In this document: positions 1 through 7,949 of the stretch, piece after piece
How the letters are laid out: each line of letters opens with the position of its first letter
How positions within the stretch are numbered: the first letter of the stretch is position 1
DNA from: an uncultured Nitrospirota bacterium
GTDB taxonomy: Bacteria > CG2-30-53-67
Length of the DNA: 64,000 bases
Direction: 5' to 3'
Assembly (NCBI GenBank): GCA_964483105.1
Contig: CAYZZU010000013.1
Coordinates: 3,552 to 67,551, forward strand
Notes under the pieces: model-generated
The model's database searches: none
What the model was told of the DNA's origin: nothing
The model's input: only the letters and a program-made list of their open reading frames with translations
Program-made: the position numbers and the translations under genes

Positions 1-73
1 GTCGATCCAGGGAGGGTTCCTGCTTCTCAAGGCACACCCACGACCCACGCCGCGCAGACAAACAGGAATGCTG

Positions 74-991
74 TCACTCCCGATGCCTGAAGGACTGCGC
101 AGCCATCCCGAGTTTTCTCATGTATTCCTCGAACCACTCCGGCGCAAGTTGCTTCATCTTCCTCCGCGTCCGGATCATCTCCCGGTCGTCCCGGCGGCGG
201 GTCCGAAGGTACTCGGCGCAGCGCAGGTATTCGAACCAGAGGCGGGAGGAATCGATTTCGGGGTCGCCCTCCATTCGGGCAAGATCCGAGGCCGGATCCA
301 TTCCGGCCTCGATCCTCGGAAGGACAAAGAGTCCCCGGAGCCATCCAAAGATGGGGAGGACGGAGAGGATTCCTTCTTTTTCGTGTCCTTCCATCTCCAG
401 GTCCTCGATCAGGCTGATGATCGCCCTGTCGGCGAGGGCATCGAGATTGACGCCCTCGGGATCTTCGAGGAAGGCGAAGAGGTAGTGCTCCCGCGCCCGG
501 CCGGGATCCTCCATCGCCGTCAGGGCGTCACCCCGCCGGGCGAGGAAACGGCCCCGCTCCGGGATCCCGGCGTCCAGGGTCTTCGCAAACCACCGCTCCG
601 CCTCGGTATAGTCCCCCAGCGCCATGTAGAGATCACCGAGATGGAAGGCCGGCTTGTGGAAGATCCGCTCGGGCCGGGCCTCTTTCCGAAGTTCGTCGAT
701 GAAGAATCGAAGGAGCCCCCGGTGGAGGGAGGGGCAAAGGTCGGGCGCCATCTCCAAGAAGAGCCGGTGGAGCCGGTCGGGCGAGGTAGGGGCGGTCCGG
801 TATCTCTCGATCCGCTCCGCCCAGGCTGCGGCGTTCTCCTCCTCCCGGCGGATCCCTGCGTCGCCGGGGTTCTTTTTCAGGATGAGCCCGTATTCGCGGA
901 TCGCCCTTGCAAAATCGAGATTCGCGAGGGCCTCATGGGCGAGGTTGAGCCGGATGGTCCGTTCGTTGTCGAGAAAAAGATCGAGTTGCAT
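74..991 (-). CDS. TPR-like helical protein with N-terminal QLDLF motif
   Basis: 305 aa ORF with TPR-like segments (FHLGDLYMALGDYTEAERWF; FLARRGDALTAMEDPGRAREHY); begins MQLDLF. Confidence 0.7.
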   Translation of the reverse strand: MQLDLFLDNERTIRLNLAHEALANLDFARAIREYGLILKKNPGDAGIRREEENAAAWAERIERYRTAPTSPDRLHRLFLEMAPDLCPSLHRGLLRFFIDELRKEARPERIFHKPAFHLGDLYMALGDYTEAERWFAKTLDAGIPERGRFLARRGDALTAMEDPGRAREHYLFAFLEDPEGVNLDALADRAIISLIEDLEMEGHEKEGILSVLPIFGWLRGLFVLPRIEAGMDPASDLARMEGDPEIDSSRLWFEYLRCAEYLRTRRRDDREMIRTRRKMKQLAPEWFEEYMRKLGMAAQSFRHRE

Positions 992-1039
992 CTTGCGTCG
1001 GCCTGCAGGTACAAGCAGAAATGGAAGTTCTACAGATCT

Positions 1040-1430
1040 TCACAGCAACTTTTCGACAGCCCTGAAAAATTGCTCCGCCATTGCAACGAGCTTTTCGGCA
1101 TCTCCACGGGAAAGCTCGACAAGCTCCCGGTAGTCGCCTTCTTGCCGTGCATCAAAAAGCTTATGAACGATTGCGCGAATAATGCGTATCCAGTTTCCCT
1201 CGATGCACGATTTCTTTGTCAAAGAGGGAAATCACCCCTGCATGTTTGGATGTCTTGATCGTGATCTCTTCGTGGAGCAACAAGGCCAACACTGCATAGA
1301 AGGCAGAATAGTATGCCCTATTCATAATAGACCTGACGCTGAAACTTCCTTGCAGCATCTTTCTTGCGTCTGCCAGTGTTTCCTCCGCTTGTTTCATTCG
1401 ATATGCACAGAGCGTCTCTTTGTCCGTCAT
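1040..1430 (-). pseudogene. HEPN-domain protein (UPF0332-like), frameshifted
   Basis: ORF 1161-1430 (NRAYYSAFYA...SKHAGVI) continues in another frame as IVHKLFDARQEGDY. Removing one A at 1171-1172 gives a single 129 aa HEPN protein. ATGA overlap with upstream MNT. Confidence 0.8.
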
Positions 1431-1744
1431 ACTGTGACCCCTTCTTCAAGAATATTTTTCACAATGGGAGATATTTTTAATGGAGAGTTTTCAAGTTCAT
1501 CCTTTGTGAAAATCAGAATCGATATGACCATGAAATGTTTAAACCCCACCTCCCACGCAATGTCCGAGATCTTTTCTTTCAAGTCACTGTTCAGGTGATC
1601 CACCTTTAGAAAAACATCCAGATCAGAGTATTCGTCTGCATCCTCCCGCGCTCGTGAACCGAATATTCTGAAATCCATGATCGGGACAATCTCAGTCAAT
1701 CGTTTTTTCAGTTCTTTTGCGATCTCTAAGTCTTTCAGCGTCAT
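1427..1744 (-). CDS. Minimal nucleotidyltransferase (MNT) antitoxin-like protein
   Basis: FGSRAREDADEYSDLDV motif; start moved to ATG 1744 behind GGAGG. Confidence 0.85.
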   Translation of the reverse strand: MTLKDLEIAKELKKRLTEIVPIMDFRIFGSRAREDADEYSDLDVFLKVDHLNSDLKEKISDIAWEVGFKHFMVISILIFTKDELENSPLKISPIVKNILEEGVTV

Positions 1745-1834
1745 ACCAACCTCCCGCAGAACGACGATGCTCGTTTGAATGATGATCAATCAAAGATTGT
1801 AATTACAAGGAGAACCCCCCAGTCCGGCCGGCTG

Positions 1835-1879
1835 CTCGAACAACTTGAACGGTTCAAACGGTTTGAACGGATTGAACAG
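1835..1879. repeat. Degenerate 9-bp tandem repeat (TTGAACGG-type), 5 units
   Basis: ctcgaacaa cttgaacgg ttcaaacgg tttgaacgg attgaacag. Confidence 0.75.
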
Positions 1880-1888
1880 CCTTCCAAC

Positions 1889-2890
1889 CTACCCTGTCTC
1901 CCTGCCTTTCTGTTCCTTTCCCGGCATGTAGCGTGCGCGCATCTTCTCGAGGTCGCTCCGGATTTCTTCGATGAGTTCCGGGGGGTCCAGGACTTCGGCC
2001 GCGGGTCCGAAGCTCAGGATCCACCGCTTGATCTCCTGCGTCCCGCCCACGGTCAGTTTCAGGAACAGGCTTCCGTCGGGTCCCTGTTTGAATTCCTGGC
2101 TCGGATGCCATTCACGTTCCTCGATATAGCGGGCGAACTCCGGGGCGAAGCGGACCCGAACGGTGACCGGATCTTCGATCATGACGGAAAAGGCGTTTTG
2201 GGTATATTCGTTGAAGTCGAAGCTCTCCGGAATCAGAAAGTTCTCCTTTGTCAGTTCCAGCAGGGAGATCCGGTCCACGGCGAACATCCGGACTTTGCGG
2301 CGCAGGTGACAAAACCCCACGAGGTAGACCGCCCCGTCCCGGTACCAGAGCCGGTAGGGATCCACTTTGCGGGGTTTCGGTTCCTGATCCTTCAACCCCC
2401 GGTAGAGAATACGGATCCGTCGCTGCTCCCCCGCGGCGATCAGAAGCTGGTGCAGGAAACCCTTTTCGTCCCGGTAATCTTTTTTCCCGCTGAAACTCAC
2501 GCTCAGTGTCCGGCGCAGGTTTTCAAAGGATTCACACCTCTCGTCGTCAAAACTCGCGCGGATCTTGTGTGTGATGGTTGCAAGCGAGGGTCTCAGAAAG
2601 GGGTCGCCGAGTCCTTTCAGAAAACGGGTGGCTTCCCGCAGGACGTAGAGTTCCGAAGGTGTAAAAACGATCGGCGGAATCCTCTTGAATCCGTCTGGAA
2701 GGGACCAGTACTTTTTCCTCCCCTCCCGGCGTTCAATCACGGGAAAGATCACGGAGAGCCGATCCAGGTCACGCCGGATGGTCTTCGGAGAGACTCCGTA
2801 TTCCCCGACCAGTTCGGAGACGGTCGTTCTCCGCCGGTTGCAGAGGGTATTTACGATTTGAAGCAAGCGTTCGATCTGGTCTTCCGCCAT
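1889..2890 (-). CDS. WYL-domain transcriptional regulator (HTH-WYL-WCX, YafY/PafC-like)
   Basis: N-terminal HTH (VSPKTIRRDLDRL), WYL core (VDPYRLWYRDGAVYLVGFC...RMFAVDRI), WCX tail (WILSFGPAAEVLDP). Confidence 0.92.
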   Translation of the reverse strand: MAEDQIERLLQIVNTLCNRRRTTVSELVGEYGVSPKTIRRDLDRLSVIFPVIERREGRKKYWSLPDGFKRIPPIVFTPSELYVLREATRFLKGLGDPFLRPSLATITHKIRASFDDERCESFENLRRTLSVSFSGKKDYRDEKGFLHQLLIAAGEQRRIRILYRGLKDQEPKPRKVDPYRLWYRDGAVYLVGFCHLRRKVRMFAVDRISLLELTKENFLIPESFDFNEYTQNAFSVMIEDPVTVRVRFAPEFARYIEEREWHPSQEFKQGPDGSLFLKLTVGGTQEIKRWILSFGPAAEVLDPPELIEEIRSDLEKMRARYMPGKEQKGRETG

Positions 2891-2928
2891 GGGATCCCCT
2901 GAAAAAGAATTAGTTTTTGATTTATTAC

Positions 2929-2957
2929 TTTATCCCAATTCTCCCGGTGAAAGTCAA
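2929..2957 (-). promoter_or_regulatory. Putative sigma-70 promoter for the WYL gene
   Basis: Minus strand TTGACT-N17-GATAAA. Confidence 0.45.
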
Positions 2958-3044
2958 GTCCATTTCCCCGAAGTCAACGACTGATGCAAGACACCGTGGA
3001 TGGGAGCCGTCTGCTCCCGGACGGAATTGGATTGGGCCCCGGTC

Positions 3045-3073
3045 TTGACACCTCCTCCAGGGATGATTACATT
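3045..3073 (+). promoter_or_regulatory. Putative sigma-70 promoter for the Hsp20 cluster
   Basis: TTGACA-N17-TACATT, 60 bp upstream of first Hsp20. Confidence 0.6.
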
Positions 3074-3132
3074 TTCTTCAGAGTCAAAGAGACACTGTCC
3101 GGACAGGAAAGACGAAAAGGAGGGATGAAGAG

Positions 3133-3576
3133 ATGCTGTGGGATGAACTGATGCGATACGAGAGAGGATGGGACCCCTGGCGGGAGCTGAAACACGTCCA
3201 GGAAGAGATGGACCGGATCGTGTCCGGTCTGAAGGAGTCCTCCGCCTCCGAGTTCCCGGCGGTCAATGTCTGGACCGGTGAAGATGATATGATCGTCCGG
3301 TGTGAGGTTCCGGGAGTGGATCCTTCAAAACTCGATATCTCCGTGATCGGCGAGACACTGACATTGAGGGGGGAACGCCCCCGGGAAACTCAGCATGAAT
3401 CACACAGGATTCAACGCCGGGAACGGGGTTATGGACATTTCACGCGGACCTTGCGGCTTCCGTTCCAGATCAACAGCGAAGCCGTTGATGCGAAATATGA
3501 AAAGGGAGTGCTGTGGATCACCCTGCCGCGGGCCGAAGAAGAAAAACCGAAAAGAATCGCTGTACAGGCGGCATGA
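3133..3576 (+). CDS. Hsp20/alpha-crystallin small heat shock protein
   Basis: FPAVNVW...EVPGV...RRERGYGHFTRTLRLP...YEKGVLWITLP. Confidence 0.93.
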   Translation: MLWDELMRYERGWDPWRELKHVQEEMDRIVSGLKESSASEFPAVNVWTGEDDMIVRCEVPGVDPSKLDISVIGETLTLRGERPRETQHESHRIQRRERGYGHFTRTLRLPFQINSEAVDAKYEKGVLWITLPRAEEEKPKRIAVQAA

Positions 3577-3593
3577 ATCAGGAGGTGAGTCAA

Positions 3594-4001
3594 ATGACCG
3601 TAGCAAACGAGGAAATCCGGAAGGCCGAAACCGGTACCGTGAAAAACGCGGAACGGATCGAGAAACGGAAAGTCTACGTTCCGCAAACGGATATCTTTGA
3701 AAACGGAGATTCCCTGATTGTGGTCGTGGACATGCCGGGTGTGGATCAGAATTCCGTGGAAATCACTCTGGAAAAGAATCTCCTGACCCTCTACGGCGCC
3801 GTGGATGCGACGCCGCCGGAGGGGCACACGCTGACCTATTCGGAGTTTCGGGTCGGTGATTTCAAGCGCTCCTTCACCTTGTCCAACGAAATCGATCAGG
3901 AGCGGATTCACGCCACCATGAAACAGGGGGTGCTTCGCCTGACGCTTCCCAAGGCGGAATCGGCCAGGGCGAAAAAGATCCCGATTCAGACGGAAGCATG
4001 A
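3594..4001 (+). CDS. Hsp20/alpha-crystallin small heat shock protein
   Basis: PQTDIFE...DMPGV...GDFKRSFTL...GVLRLTLPK; start at ATG 3594 after AGGAGG. Confidence 0.92.
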   Translation: MTVANEEIRKAETGTVKNAERIEKRKVYVPQTDIFENGDSLIVVVDMPGVDQNSVEITLEKNLLTLYGAVDATPPEGHTLTYSEFRVGDFKRSFTLSNEIDQERIHATMKQGVLRLTLPKAESARAKKIPIQTEA

Positions 4002-4016
4002 AAGGAGGGATGAGTC

Positions 4017-4526
4017 ATGACGTTCAGAAATCTTCTAAACCGCAGGTGGGGCAGGAAAAGAGGACTTCCCGTCCGATACCGGGAGGAGGATCCATTCACT
4101 CTTCTTCACCAGGAGATGAACCGCCTCTTCGACACCTTTGAACGTGGATGGGGGCTTTCTCTCTTTGAACCCTGGGGTGAGCGGCAGGGGGTCTATTCTC
4201 CATCCGTCAATGTTTCGGAAGACGATCACGAGTTTCTGATCACGGCGGAACTTCCCGGACTGGATGAAAAGGATGTTGAGGTCATACTCGAGAAGGATCT
4301 CCTGACCATTCAGGGAGAGAAGAAAGAGGAAAAAGAAGAGTCAGGAAAAGACTACTACCACATGGAGCGTTCCTATGGAACCTTCCGACGGAGTATTCCC
4401 CTTCCCGATGAGGTGGATGCGGACAAGATCGAGGCATCGTTCAAGAAAGGGATTCTCTCCATCCATCTCCCCAAGACGGAGGCGGCCCGGAAGGAAACCC
4501 GGAAGATCTCCATCAAGGCCGCCTGA
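4017..4526 (+). CDS. Hsp20/alpha-crystallin small heat shock protein
   Basis: AELPGLDEKDV...ERSYGTFRRSIPLP...FKKGILSI. Confidence 0.93.
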   Translation: MTFRNLLNRRWGRKRGLPVRYREEDPFTLLHQEMNRLFDTFERGWGLSLFEPWGERQGVYSPSVNVSEDDHEFLITAELPGLDEKDVEVILEKDLLTIQGEKKEEKEESGKDYYHMERSYGTFRRSIPLPDEVDADKIEASFKKGILSIHLPKTEAARKETRKISIKAA

Positions 4527-4548
4527 TCCTCGGATGGATCCTCTCCGG

Positions 4549-4584
4549 CCGGGTGGCGCGATGCGCGCCGCCCGGTTTTTTTTT
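4549..4584 (+). terminator. Intrinsic terminator after the Hsp20 cluster
   Basis: ccgggtggcgcg-atg-cgcgccgcccgg stem followed by T9. Confidence 0.85.
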
Positions 4585-4607
4585 GACCGGATCCCGAAAC
4601 CGGTCCT

Positions 4608-4652
4608 CTCGAACTCTTCATACCTCTTGAAACCGTTTGAACCGCTCAAGCG
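4608..4652. repeat. Second copy of the degenerate 9-bp repeat, inverted relative to 1835-1879
   Basis: 4630-4649 reverse-complements to ttgagcggttcaaacggttt, 19/20 identical to 1845-1864. Confidence 0.7.
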
Positions 4653-4679
4653 GTCCATTTTCAGTCGGGTCTCCGCGTC

Positions 4680-6218
4680 CTACCTGGATCGGGGGAGAGG
4701 ATGACTTGCAGAATCCATCGCGTGGCACGCGTGACAACTGTTCGCGTCCTGACGCTTCGGGTCCTGCCCGCACCGGCTTCGGAAAACCTGGGGAATTTCC
4801 ATCCGTTTCCCCGAGACTTTCCCTGTCAGAAACAACCGCCCCTCATCGATCCGTACCTGGGGGAACAGCTCTCCCTCCAGGGTGAAGAGCGCTTTTTCCC
4901 CCGCCTTCCTGGAATACCTGCGCATGATCCGTTTGACCCCGGGCGACTCCCTGGAGGTAAGCGGTCGAATCCGGGGTGGATCATTCAGTGTGCCGTGACA
5001 GGTCCGGCATCGGATCCGCTCCTGGTCACGCTCACTGCCATAGAGAAAACCGTCACCCATGATCTCTTCCCCGGTGTGACAGTCGATGCAGTCGAGTTCG
5101 ACCTCACAGCGCGTGAAGAGCGTCATGGGGTTGTAGTAACTCCTCACACGACGTTCCCCGGGCGGAAGGCCTCCGATCCGGGAAAGATCCCGCCGTGGAA
5201 TAAAACGCATCTTTCGGAAGGAGTGAATTCCCCGGTTGTGACAATGGTTGCACTGAGTATGGGGAATCTTCAGTGTCAGGCGGTGAAAGGCGCCATGACC
5301 CGGTTCAGTCCGGGAAATCGTGGGATCCTTTCCCCGGTAATAGGATAAATCGTCGTAAAGGTAATGGCAGGAGGCGCAACCGGAGGCCCTGGCGAAGTAG
5401 GGATGGTTCCCGCCTGCAACCCCGAGATGGCACCGATTCACGCAGTTTTGACGCAGCCTGGTATCCACGGGATGCCCGGAAAAGGAGACCTCTTTCGCGC
5501 GGCTTCGCTCCTCCGGACGTTCAGGGAGGTCGGAGACCTTTGTATAAGGAATGGGACGGAATACCGGCAGCGCCTTCCTGTTTCCAACCGCCTGCCTCCC
5601 TTCCACACCGGACACGGCGTAGACCGCATTCAGATCCCTCTGGGCTCCGAAGGTGTACCGGGTCATGGCGATCTCCCCCGCCTTGGTGGACATGATCGAG
5701 GTACGCACGCGGTGGATTGCGTCCCTCTGATCTGAGAGAGATCCGTTGTGGCAGGAGGTTCCATCCGGCAGGGTCCGGCCGCAACTTTGATCGACCACGG
5801 AAAAATCCGATGGATTTCTCCCCCCGATCAGGCCGGTATGTGCCGTGGGAAGGGTGACGGACAAAGGGTCGCCGCCATGACACACCACGCATCCGAAGAC
5901 CTTTTCCGGATGGGACTCACTGATCGGCTCAATGCCGATATGACAGCTCAAACACCGCTCCCGTCTCCCGTCTTCCAGAACCGTCTCCTGAAGACGGGGG
6001 AGACTCCGCTTCAAGATCCGCATCTCCCGGTTGATCGCCTCCTGTGCCCGGACCGAGTCTGTTCGGGATCTCTTCGCGTTCAGCTCCTTCAACTCCCGCT
6101 TCAGATAGATCCACTGAAACACCTTGTAGGGTTTTCCCGCCTCATGCATCCGGGCCGCAAGAACCGCAAGAAACAGAAGGAACAGAAAGAGCAGCAGAAT
6201 CTCGGAATCATGTTTCAT
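4680..6218 (-). CDS. Membrane-anchored multiheme cytochrome c (7 CxxCH plus 2 atypical motifs)
   Basis: CLSCH, CVVCH, CASCH, CNHCH, CIDCH, CRTCH, CHACH plus CX9CH and CX3CH; N-terminal hydrophobic helix; ATG 6218 overlaps upstream stop (ATGA). Confidence 0.88.
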   Translation of the reverse strand: MKHDSEILLLFLFLLFLAVLAARMHEAGKPYKVFQWIYLKRELKELNAKRSRTDSVRAQEAINREMRILKRSLPRLQETVLEDGRRERCLSCHIGIEPISESHPEKVFGCVVCHGGDPLSVTLPTAHTGLIGGRNPSDFSVVDQSCGRTLPDGTSCHNGSLSDQRDAIHRVRTSIMSTKAGEIAMTRYTFGAQRDLNAVYAVSGVEGRQAVGNRKALPVFRPIPYTKVSDLPERPEERSRAKEVSFSGHPVDTRLRQNCVNRCHLGVAGGNHPYFARASGCASCHYLYDDLSYYRGKDPTISRTEPGHGAFHRLTLKIPHTQCNHCHNRGIHSFRKMRFIPRRDLSRIGGLPPGERRVRSYYNPMTLFTRCEVELDCIDCHTGEEIMGDGFLYGSERDQERIRCRTCHGTLNDPPRIRPLTSRESPGVKRIMRRYSRKAGEKALFTLEGELFPQVRIDEGRLFLTGKVSGKRMEIPQVFRSRCGQDPKRQDANSCHACHAMDSASHPLPRSR

Positions 6219-6643
6219 ACAGGCCGCAGAAAATGAGATAGTGACAGGATGACCATACCGAGAACAAGCAGAACGAAAAACAGGAAGGGAAAGAGACGCC
6301 GCCGGAGTGTCTTTGCACCTTCGCCGGTCGTCCCCGGTTGAAGAAAGGGAAGCGCCCCGATGAAAAGGAATACGGAGAGGGGAACCACCACCCCCCCCAG
6401 AAGCGGCGGAAGATAGCGGAGCATCTCCTGGACCCCCGCGAAGATCCAGGGCGCCCGGACTCCGACCGGAGTGGACACCGGATCCGGCTTCGATCCCAAC
6501 GGAGGGGGCATCCACAACGCCAGGACCATCAGGACCACGGAAGCCGCCAGCATGGCCAGCAGTTCCATCCTGACGAGCGTCTCTCTCGGCACAAACCCGC
6601 GCTCCTTATCCCGGGTCTTTTTCTTGTCCTGTTTCAAGGTCAT
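6215..6643 (-). CDS. Cytochrome b subunit IV (PetD/QcrC-like) of a Rieske/cytb complex
   Basis: Three hydrophobic helices; PDPVSTP..VRAPWIF at the PEWY-loop position; follows the cytochrome b gene. Confidence 0.75.
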   Translation of the reverse strand: MTLKQDKKKTRDKERGFVPRETLVRMELLAMLAASVVLMVLALWMPPPLGSKPDPVSTPVGVRAPWIFAGVQEMLRYLPPLLGGVVVPLSVFLFIGALPFLQPGTTGEGAKTLRRRLFPFLFFVLLVLGMVILSLSHFLRPV

Positions 6644-6689
6644 CTGAATTTCAGACGGCCGTCGGCCTCCTCTTCCCGCCGCGTCTTTC

Positions 6690-7352
6690 TCAGAGCGTCC
6701 CCGACTGCCATCCCAACCTTCGAATTTTCCAGAAATGGTTCGCCGCAAAGGCCAGGACACCGAGCGGAAGAACCACGCAATGCCAGAGATAGATCCGCTG
6801 CAGGGCGTCTTCTCCGTACGCCGGAGTCCCGGTCATCACCTGGTGGAGTCCTTGCCCGACAAGGGGGATCCGCTTCACAAGCCCCAGGGCCACGGTTCCC
6901 GCCCAATACGTATCCTGATCGAACCGGAGCAGATACCCTGAAAAGTCCATGACAAGAATCAGGGCCAGAAGCACCATGCCGACTCCCCAGATCCACCGTT
7001 TGGGCCCCTGATAGGAACCGGTCATCACCACCCGGCACATATGCAACAGAATCAGCCAGACGATTCCCTGTCCCGCCCAGTAATGCAACCCCCGGAACAG
7101 ATCTCCATAGGGCACCGCTTCCGTGATTTCGCGTACCGAAAGGTAGGCGGATCCCTGCCCGGAACGGTAGTAAAACATCAGGAGAACGCCCGTGACACAA
7201 AGGACGCAAAAGAGAAAGAAAGAAAGCCCGCCCAGGCAGAAGGAGAAGGCGATCCGGGCCCGTTCCCCCGGGATCAGGGGCGGATGCAGATGAAACAGGA
7301 AGGCACCGATCCCGCCTTTTCCCGATCCCGGACGCCTGCGGGTTGAAATCAT
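6690..7352 (-). CDS. Cytochrome b/b6 N-terminal subunit (PetB/QcrB-like)
   Basis: Heme-ligand His pairs RGLHYW...LLHMCRV and WHCVVLP...NHF; YW motif (DQDTYWA); start at 7352 after GGGAGG (7442 also possible). Confidence 0.88.
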   Translation of the reverse strand: MISTRRRPGSGKGGIGAFLFHLHPPLIPGERARIAFSFCLGGLSFFLFCVLCVTGVLLMFYYRSGQGSAYLSVREITEAVPYGDLFRGLHYWAGQGIVWLILLHMCRVVMTGSYQGPKRWIWGVGMVLLALILVMDFSGYLLRFDQDTYWAGTVALGLVKRIPLVGQGLHQVMTGTPAYGEDALQRIYLWHCVVLPLGVLAFAANHFWKIRRLGWQSGTL

Positions 7353-7428
7353 GGTAACCGCCTCCCACCCGGTGAGGAATTTATCCACACCCGCAGGGCG
7401 TGGACCTGTTTTGCCACCTGGAGATGCC

Positions 7429-7932
7429 TCATCCATCCACAAAAGTTGCTCCCAGCCGCAGCCGGAATCCCTCCGGGACCTTATGTTCCGTGTCGGCGAT
7501 TATTTCACCCTCCGGATTTTTTGTCAAGAAAACGGTCCGAAGATCCCTGACGGCGGGACCGGAGATGTAGTGACCGGAACGGTCAAAACGGCTCCCGTGG
7601 CAGGGGCATTCAAAGTAACCTTCTTTTTCATTCCATCCGAAACGGCATCCGAGATGAGGACATTTCCCACTGAACGCAAAGAGTCCCCTGTCATCCCGGA
7701 CCAGATAGATTCCCTGTTTCTTGAGTATCGTCCCCGAAGGGAAATCTCCGACGCGTCCCAGATTCATGCGGGTGGGTCGGCGGGCGGGATGTTCCACTGA
7801 AAGAAACGACTGGACCATGCGGGTCACCCCCAGCAGGGAGGCGGCGGCGCAAAGAAAAATGCCCCCGCCCAGGAATCTTCTCCGGGTCAAGCTTTTTTTC
7901 TCTGAAACGAAGGACCGGAAAAGCCCGAACAT
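7429..7932 (-). CDS. Rieske [2Fe-2S] protein with Tat signal
   Basis: CPHLGC and CPCHGS boxes; TRRRFL twin-arginine motif. Confidence 0.93.
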   Translation of the reverse strand: MFGLFRSFVSEKKSLTRRRFLGGGIFLCAAASLLGVTRMVQSFLSVEHPARRPTRMNLGRVGDFPSGTILKKQGIYLVRDDRGLFAFSGKCPHLGCRFGWNEKEGYFECPCHGSRFDRSGHYISGPAVRDLRTVFLTKNPEGEIIADTEHKVPEGFRLRLGATFVDG

Positions 7933-7949
7933 CTTCGACACCGTGTCCG

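Noticed and set aside
68-1258. 396 aa plus-strand ORF, and similar long antisense ORFs (11465-13021, 14648-16012, 17677-18867, 50255-51658, 53061-54623, 54677-55909)
   Set aside because: They overlap well-supported genes on the opposite strand and have no motifs; typical shadow ORFs in GC-rich DNA.
1835-1879. CRISPR array
   Set aside because: Units are 9 bp, contiguous and lack unique spacers; no cas genes or 25-40 bp repeats anywhere in the window.
2891-3132. CIRCE operator for the Hsp20 genes
   Set aside because: No TTAGCACTC-N9-GAGTGCTAA match.
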